DNA of 44,968 nucleotides from Candidatus Bathyarchaeia archaeon (GTDB lineage Archaea; Thermoproteota; Bathyarchaeia; Bathyarchaeales; Bathycorpusculaceae), in contig JAVZNT010000005.1 in the NCBI GenBank assembly GCA_038882655.1, positions 1 through 44,968 on the forward strand. The letters are read 5' to 3'. Of the stretch, positions 39,538 through 44,968 are shown piece by piece. The position numbers and the translations under genes are program-made. The first letter of the stretch is position 1. Every line of letters begins with the position of its first letter. A model generated the notes under the pieces. It made no database searches. It was not told the origin of the DNA and worked only from the letters and a program-made list of their open reading frames with translations.

Positions 39538-40524
39538 ATGCTTGAACATATTAGGGTTGTGCCGCTTGCCGCTGAAAGCTTAGGCGTTCGTTCAATGTGC
39601 ACATACGTGGAAACTCTGGATGTTAAAGTTCTATTGGATGCCGGGGTTTCCCTATGCCCAAACCGTTACGGCTTGCCTCCCCATCCGCTGGAGTATAAAG
39701 CCATAATCGAAGCGAGGAAAAGGATAACCGAGGCTGCAGAAAAAGCTGATGTGGTGACGGTTAGCCACTACCATTTTGACCATCACACACCTTCCTATGA
39801 GGATTGGCTCTGCAACTGGACAGAGGCTGATGAAACAGCCAGACAAATCTATCAAGACAAGACAGTCTTAATAAAAAATCCAAAAGAGAAAATCAATTTT
39901 AGCCAAAGGCGCAGAGGCTGGGTTTTTCAAAAGACCGGCGGGAAATATGCTAAAAAGCTTGAGGTTGCAGATGAAAAAACATTCACTTTTGGAGAAGCCA
40001 CAAAAATTAGGTTTTCAGAACCTGTTCCGCATGGACCAGAAGATTCGGCTTTGGGGTGGATTTTGATGGTTACCATTGAATGTTATGGTGAAAAGTTCAT
40101 GTTCGCCCCAGACGTTCAAGGTCCGATGTCAAAGCAAACTTTAGAACTTATTGTAAGGGAAAAGCCTCAATTACTAATGATTGGCGGACCGCCTCTATAC
40201 TTAGCTGGCTTTAGGGTTGACGAAGAGTTGGCTAAAATTGGTTTGAGAAATCTTGGAAAAATTGTGGAATTTGTGCCTTGCACAATTTTGGAGCATCATA
40301 TTTTAAGGGATGAGCAATGGTGCGAAAAAGTTAAAGAAGTTTTTAAAATAGCTCAAGAAGCTGAAAACAGAGTCTTGACCGCAGCTGAATTTCTTGGCAG
40401 AGAAAACGTTTTCCTAGAGGCTAAAAGAAAAGTGCTTTTTACTGAGCATCCGCCCTCCAAGGATTTTGAAAAGTGGGCTCGAGAGAGCTTAAGAATGAGG
40501 AAGAAGATTAAGCCACCAATCTAG
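39538..40524 (+). CDS. Metallo-beta-lactamase-fold hydrolase (UPF0282-like)
   Basis: ESLGVRSM, SHYHFDH, PHG, DVQG and EHHILRD motifs. Confidence 0.85.
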   Translation: MLEHIRVVPLAAESLGVRSMCTYVETLDVKVLLDAGVSLCPNRYGLPPHPLEYKAIIEARKRITEAAEKADVVTVSHYHFDHHTPSYEDWLCNWTEADETARQIYQDKTVLIKNPKEKINFSQRRRGWVFQKTGGKYAKKLEVADEKTFTFGEATKIRFSEPVPHGPEDSALGWILMVTIECYGEKFMFAPDVQGPMSKQTLELIVREKPQLLMIGGPPLYLAGFRVDEELAKIGLRNLGKIVEFVPCTILEHHILRDEQWCEKVKEVFKIAQEAENRVLTAAEFLGRENVFLEAKRKVLFTEHPPSKDFEKWARESLRMRKKIKPPI

Positions 40525-40527
40525 CGG

Positions 40528-41031
40528 TTAAAGGGTTAATTCCATAAAAACTATGTCAAAAGCCTCTCTTTTTTCAACATTTTTAACTTTAAACCCGACT
40601 TTTTGAGCTGCCCTTAACATGGCCTTGTTTGAAGAAATAGTTTCTAGCTTGAGTTTGGTGAATCCTTCAGCCTTAGCCTTTTCAACAGCCGCCTTTAATA
40701 GGCTTGTTCCAAATCCTCTTCCCCAATGGTTTGGGTGAACAGAAATGCCAACTTCCCCAACATGCTCTAAGCCTTCATTTATAGAACGCACTCCGACAAA
40801 ACCAACAACCTCGCCGTCACATCTCCCAACAAGAAATATTTTATCCTTATCAACTTGAAGCTTTTCAACGGCTTCTTTAAAGGCACGATACATTTCAGCT
40901 TTGTCGCCTTTATATGTTTCAATGTTCCAACGCATAACATCCGGATGGGACTCAATCTCAGCCAGCATCCAGAAATCCTTATCTTTAAACATATAAAATC
41001 TTGCATCCATTATTGTTAGGGACATAGGCAA
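40528..41031 (-). CDS. GNAT family N-acetyltransferase
   Basis: VHPNHWGRGFGT and N.AM....KVGF motifs. Confidence 0.88.
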   Translation of the reverse strand: MPMSLTIMDARFYMFKDKDFWMLAEIESHPDVMRWNIETYKGDKAEMYRAFKEAVEKLQVDKDKIFLVGRCDGEVVGFVGVRSINEGLEHVGEVGISVHPNHWGRGFGTSLLKAAVEKAKAEGFTKLKLETISSNKAMLRAAQKVGFKVKNVEKREAFDIVFMELTL

Positions 41032-41048
41032 CAGCCAGCCAATAGTTA

Positions 41049-41125
41049 TGGGGCCGAGGCCGGGATTTGAACCCGGGCGCCGGGCTCCACAGGCCCGTAG
41101 GCTTCCAGGCTACCTCACCTCGGCC
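41049..41125 (-). tRNA. tRNA-His (GTG) with genomically encoded G-1 and CCA
   Basis: G-1 at 41125; acceptor GCCGAGG/CCTCGGC; C73 then CCA; anticodon arm CGGGC-CT GTG GA-GCCCG. Confidence 0.96.
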
Positions 41126-41346
41126 ACCTTGGTTGATTTTCGGCTACTTTTAAGGGTGATTAACTTATTATTTTGTTTTTCTAAGCCATTATTTTAGGGG
41201 CTGTGGTTGTCGCTTGTTCGCTTTTACAAAAATACTAGCCTTTCTATACTTTTTCAGAGGGTGAACTTTGACTTTTGAGGCATTTAAGTCTTGATTCCAA
41301 TTTTAACTGAAAGCGGACGTAGGTATTTATTCGTTTGTTTCATCTT

Positions 41347-41802
41347 CTATTTTTGGAGCAGCTTTTGGGTTCTTGTTTTTACGAAGGCTGCAATTTTTTC
41401 CGTTGTTAGCATCTCTTCTTCTCTTTGTTTTTCAAGTTTTTCTCGGATAACTTGGAGTAGTTTTTCATAGTTGACTGGTTTTATTAGGTATGCGTCTGCG
41501 TTGTAGTTTAGAGCCTCAACAGCGTTTTGTAAGTTTGGATAGCCGGTCACCATTATCTTTATCATTTTTGGTGTTGTCTCACGAAGCTTTCTGAGTAGTT
41601 CTGTTCCAGTTATGTCTGGAAGCATGATGTCCAATAGGGCGATGTTATAGGCTTTTTCTTTCGATTTTTTTATAGCCTCTGCTCCAGAGTTGGCTACATC
41701 CACGCTGTAGCCTTCGCCCTCGAGGATTAGGCTTAGTGTTTTGCATATGCCTATGTCGTCGTCCACTATTAAGATGCTTACCTTTTCCTTCAACATTTTC
41801 AC
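41347..41802 (-). CDS. Stand-alone response regulator receiver (REC) protein with a C-terminal helix
   Basis: VDDD, LLD (phospho-Asp), MVTG and KP all intact. Confidence 0.93.
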   Translation of the reverse strand: MKMLKEKVSILIVDDDIGICKTLSLILEGEGYSVDVANSGAEAIKKSKEKAYNIALLDIMLPDITGTELLRKLRETTPKMIKIMVTGYPNLQNAVEALNYNADAYLIKPVNYEKLLQVIREKLEKQREEEMLTTEKIAAFVKTRTQKLLQK

Positions 41803-42239
41803 CTCCGCTTATCCAAAGCCTTTGACTTTAAAGTTTTGAAGAGGTACACTTCCCTTAGCTTATCTACCCATTCGGAAAAGATTATGGGGCCTTTCTCCTC
41901 GAATTTGACGCCAAATTTTTTGCATAGAATTTCTATTATTGTCCTCTCCAAAAGCGAAACTATCCCAAGCGGGGAAACCGTGTGGAAGCGTTGCCCATCA
42001 AACTCCAGTACGCTTCTTAACTCGTTAAAGAAGAATTCCAGATTTTGCGGTATGCTTGTCAAGGAAAAACCCCTCCTTTTCAAATAGTCATAAAAGATTT
42101 CAACCGTCTTTTTGCCAAGCGAATACCGAAGCGTCTCGTCAATCACCTCTAACAGCGTCTTGTCAAACTCGTCCAAACCATCACCAAGCATTACTTCAGA
42201 GTCTGCGAGTTCTTCGAATATCGTCAACGTCAGCGCCAC
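41799..42239 (-). CDS. NitrOD5/DUF3227-like helical protein
   Basis: LLEVIDETL..LG...IFYDYL...IP...F...L..LERTII..L pattern; 4-nt overlap with the REC gene. Confidence 0.6.
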   Translation of the reverse strand: MALTLTIFEELADSEVMLGDGLDEFDKTLLEVIDETLRYSLGKKTVEIFYDYLKRRGFSLTSIPQNLEFFFNELRSVLEFDGQRFHTVSPLGIVSLLERTIIEILCKKFGVKFEEKGPIIFSEWVDKLREVYLFKTLKSKALDKRR

Positions 42240-42296
42240 GCTTTATGGTTAATTTCTAGAGGCGTTATCAAAAATTTTGCCAATTAACAATCTTAA

Positions 42297-43220
42297 ATGA
42301 AAATCCTAATTTCTGCTATAAAATTGTTGACGGGCCCGCCGGGAATTGAACCCGGGACCTACGGGTTAGAGGCGGAAACCTACGGTTTCCGCGCTTCCCT
42401 TGAGGGTTTAGGCGGTTTTTACGAGTTTTTGCTTGTGGATTTGCAGAAAAGCGAGTGCACGGCTAAGTGTTATGTTGGTGTTGTTAGGCGGTTTCTACGC
42501 AGCCTTGAGGGTGGCTGTTTAACTGTGGATGCTGTTCGAGCTTTTTTGAAAGGGGTTAAGGATAGATGTAGCCGTGACCGTTACAATTTGACGCTTAGCG
42601 CTTTGAAGGCTTACCTTAGAGATTATTTGGGGCAAGGGTGGCTTGTGGCGAGTTTTAAGCATCCGCCTAAAGTGTTTAAGCCTAAAACTATTCCGAGCCG
42701 TGAGGATTTGAGGCGGTTTTATGTGGCTTTGCCAAGCCTTAGGCTTAAAGCGTATTTTCTGGTGGCTGCTAGCAGCGGTTTGAGGCGGGGCGAAATTTTG
42801 GGTTTAACGTTGGATGATGTGGATTTTGAAAAGCGTATGCTTCGCCCCCATATTCATAAGGGCGCTTCTAAACATTCATGGGTTAGCTTCTACAACCGTG
42901 AAGCCGAAGAAGCCTTGAAGGTTTACAGGGCAGGCTTAAAGGGTAAAGCAGCCAGGTCGAAGAGGCTTTTTCCGATAAGCCTCCGCGACTTTAAGGCTGA
43001 ATGGCGAACAGCCCAGCTGAAGACAGGCTTGAAGATTACAAGTAAAAGCCTCCGCGACTGGTTTGCCGAGGAGATGGGGCGGCTGGGCGTGGCTGACCGC
43101 TACATAGACGCTTTTCAGGGACGCGCTCCGGCTTCAGTTTTGGCTAGGCATTACACGGACTATTCGCCTTCAAAACTGAAGGAAATTTATGAAAAGGCAA
43201 ACCTGAAAATCCTAGGCTAG
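42297..43220 (+). CDS. SSV1-type tyrosine integrase, C-terminal fragment int(C), containing the att site
   Basis: SGLRRGE (R), KSLR (K-x-x-R), FQGR (R) and HY (Y) match the SSV1 Int R-K-R-R-Y catalytic set; GPPGIEPGT is encoded antisense to a tRNA T-arm. Confidence 0.9.
   Translation: MKILISAIKLLTGPPGIEPGTYGLEAETYGFRASLEGLGGFYEFLLVDLQKSECTAKCYVGVVRRFLRSLEGGCLTVDAVRAFLKGVKDRCSRDRYNLTLSALKAYLRDYLGQGWLVASFKHPPKVFKPKTIPSREDLRRFYVALPSLRLKAYFLVAASSGLRRGEILGLTLDDVDFEKRMLRPHIHKGASKHSWVSFYNREAEEALKVYRAGLKGKAARSKRLFPISLRDFKAEWRTAQLKTGLKITSKSLRDWFAEEMGRLGVADRYIDAFQGRAPASVLARHYTDYSPSKLKEIYEKANLKILG
42331..42370 (-). repeat. att site: duplicated 3' half of a tRNA (Lys-like; Arg-UCU possible)
   Basis: Minus strand TCTAACCCGTAGGTCCCGGGTTCAATTCCCGGCGGGCCCG; no D-arm or 5' acceptor strand upstream. 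Confidence 0.85.
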
Positions 43221-43265
43221 AAACAGAAAAATACGCCTTCTCCACCGCCAACGCCAAACATTCGG

Positions 43266-43847
43266 TTAAAGCTGCTCTATCATGCTTGAGGCTTGTCGGA
43301 GTAGGAGTGCACACGCCCGCTTAAGCCTTCTCTCGTAGAGAAGACTTGCACCTTCCAAGATTTCCCTGAACAGGCTGTCTGAACCTTCACAGTTTAAAGC
43401 TTCTTGAGGCTTAGGCGTAGCCTTATTTTCCCTCTCCCTCATTTTCCGCAGAACCGTTGTAGCGCTGGTTTTGAAGCCCATTTCTCTAAGCTTTTCAGTT
43501 ATACGCATATAACTGAAACCCTGTTTGCGCATGTCCTCGATAAGCTTGAAGGTTTCCTCATTCCACACGAGAGGCTTAAGCTCCGGCTTAGGCTGTTGCT
43601 GAGAAGCCGGTGGGGCTTGCGGATCAGCTTGAGCTTGGCTGTTTTGCACCTCGCCATTGCCAGTTTTTCGGATAAAGAAGGCTGCCTTGCCAAGGTAATC
43701 GGAAACCAAGATTTTGCAGCCTTCACTCCTTAACAGCTTTTCCCATTCACTTTTAAAGTCTTTCGAATTTATAATGAGGACAGGCTCCTTGAAGGGTTCA
43801 ACAGTCTGACAGCCAAAACGGCTAACCAATTCCTCGTATAAACCCAT
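43266..43847 (-). CDS. Element-encoded HTH-containing protein
   Basis: WNEETFKLIEDMRKQGFSYMRITEKL..MG...SATTV HTH after a Q/P linker. Confidence 0.7.
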   Translation of the reverse strand: MGLYEELVSRFGCQTVEPFKEPVLIINSKDFKSEWEKLLRSEGCKILVSDYLGKAAFFIRKTGNGEVQNSQAQADPQAPPASQQQPKPELKPLVWNEETFKLIEDMRKQGFSYMRITEKLREMGFKTSATTVLRKMRERENKATPKPQEALNCEGSDSLFREILEGASLLYERRLKRACALLLRQASSMIEQL

Positions 43848-43911
43848 GTTAGCCCAACTGAAACTTAGCCGTGTTTAAACATAAACGTTTTTCTCTAAAG
43901 AAATGAAAGCG

Positions 43912-43929
43912 GTTTAGTCTAGGCTAAAC
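43912..43929. promoter_or_regulatory. 18-bp near-perfect palindrome (candidate operator)
   Basis: GTTTAGTCT|AGGCTAAAC, one mismatch, upstream of the HTH gene. Confidence 0.4.
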
Positions 43930-44040
43930 TAACTCTGTTTATGCTCCTCTGTTGGACATTACTAGCGTATATATTTATATTAATAAATTGGAACCCAAAA
44001 AGGAGCTTTTTTCTGGCTTTTTTTCGCGTTAAGACTCATT

Positions 44041-44070
44041 AAGTAAACCTTATGTGTCTAACGTTTACTT
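44041..44070. repeat. 12-6-12 inverted repeat (candidate tyrosine-recombinase core site)
   Basis: AAGTAAACCTTA-TGTGTC-TAACGTTTACTT; arms 11/12 complementary. Confidence 0.5.
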
Positions 44071-44149
44071 CACGTTGAATCCATTCACTTACTTGTAATT
44101 GCGTATAGTTGTGGTTTAGGAGTGTAGTATATAATTAAACGGTAAGCGT

Positions 44150-44416
44150 TTAAAAGCGTTGTTTAAGCTCCTTTCGCAAAACCAAGTCTGTTATAGGCGT
44201 TGATGTGCACCAGCTGCCTTCACCATAACGCTTAAGGCTTATTTGAAGCTTCAAGCGCAACTCTCTTATGGCGGCTATGGTTCTTTCAAGGGCGAAAACC
44301 CTCTGCCAAGAAAGGCTGTTTCTGTTTTGAATGAGGAGCTGAGTGGCTTCCTCTTCCCTCAACTGTAAGCTGTCAATTATAATTGCAAGTTGAACCTCGC
44401 TTAACCTAACACGCAT
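44150..44416 (-). CDS. Hypothetical helical protein of the element
   Basis: 88-aa ORF overlapping the stop of the upstream recombinase. Confidence 0.6.
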   Translation of the reverse strand: MRVRLSEVQLAIIIDSLQLREEEATQLLIQNRNSLSWQRVFALERTIAAIRELRLKLQISLKRYGEGSWCTSTPITDLVLRKELKQRF

Positions 44417-44968
44417 GGCTTTCAGCCTCCAACATTTTAACGGCTAAACCTTTCCAGCCTTTCCGCGAATAGGTTAAGGCGGTTCCCAAGTGAAGCCAGC
44501 TGAACCAGTCTATCAAGTCGTGCAGCTCGAAGCCGTAGTCTGCTACAAGCTGGCTTGCCCTCTGCGCCCTGAACCAATGCAGCCACAAGTGAAGCTTATC
44601 CATTATCCTTTTTCCACCCTTAACAAAAGGCTTGTCTAAGCCTAGCCTATGCCTTAAACCGTCTGGAACAGCTGCGTCTAAGCTTCTTATGAGCTTGTAA
44701 GCCCAGAAGCGGCTTAAAGGCTTGCCAGCCCTGCGGGGGCTTGGAAATAGAAGCCCTTCACGTGTGGCTTCTAACAGTTGAAGCAGGTATGGGACGAGGG
44801 GCTCGTTTAAGGGTATGGGGAAAGGTTTGCGGGTTTTCTCCAGGCGTTCGGTTATCCATTTTCGCCTTCCAACAGCCGGCTGCTCCGCGATTTTTCTATA
44901 CCGCTTGTAGAGGGGCATTCCGCGAACAATGATTAAACCCTCGGTTTTGCGAACTTCAAAGTTTTCAG
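44406..44968 (-). CDS. Second tyrosine recombinase, 5'-truncated by the window edge
   Basis: Frame open to 44968 (ENFEVRKTEGLIIVRGMPLYKRY...); LLFPS, HWFR, W and Y catalytic-type motifs. Confidence 0.8.
   Translation of the reverse strand, partial: ENFEVRKTEGLIIVRGMPLYKRYRKIAEQPAVGRRKWITERLEKTRKPFPIPLNEPLVPYLLQLLEATREGLLFPSPRRAGKPLSRFWAYKLIRSLDAAVPDGLRHRLGLDKPFVKGGKRIMDKLHLWLHWFRAQRASQLVADYGFELHDLIDWFSWLHLGTALTYSRKGWKGLAVKMLEAESHAC

Larger units (their letters stand above)
42331..44968. mobile_element. Left end of an integrated virus/plasmid-like element, extending beyond the window
   Basis: att plus int(C), HTH gene, second tyrosine recombinase and ORFans. Confidence 0.85.

Noticed and set aside
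42331-42400. A complete or split tRNA gene
   Set aside because: Only the 3' half is present, with no D-arm or 5' acceptor strand, and its location inside an integrase ORF fits an att duplication

Overview
Archaeal chromosomal window. Gene content and style (aIF2-beta/aIF1A/RIO1/Dim2 cluster, DUF373, single-OB SSB, split GcvPA/PB, NitrOD5-like proteins, frequent TTG/GTG starts) most resemble Bathyarchaeia (inference). About 42 kb is housekeeping and metabolic: pyrI/pyrB, pyrG, glpX, uppS, ychF, malic enzyme, gcvPA/PB, cobO, tRNA-Pro(CGG) and tRNA-His(GTG). The last ~2.6 kb is the end of an integrated element. It has a duplicated tRNA 3' half (att) lying inside an SSV1-type int(C) integrase, an HTH gene, a 12-6-12 inverted-repeat site and a second tyrosine recombinase running off the edge. 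The most striking feature is a wHTH + ATP-cone + class III ribonucleotide reductase-like protein. It has lost both catalytic cysteines and the glycyl-radical loop, making it a candidate nucleotide-sensing pseudo-enzyme transcription factor beside pyrBI. Other observations: an unannotated K-turn/C/D-box-like sRNA, a frameshifted Thg1-like gene alongside a tRNA-His that encodes its own G-1, two kinase-free NitrOD5-like signalling pairs, a missed 43-aa four-Cys protein and a probable non-canonical start for rimI. All family calls come from motif recognition by eye; no database searches were run.
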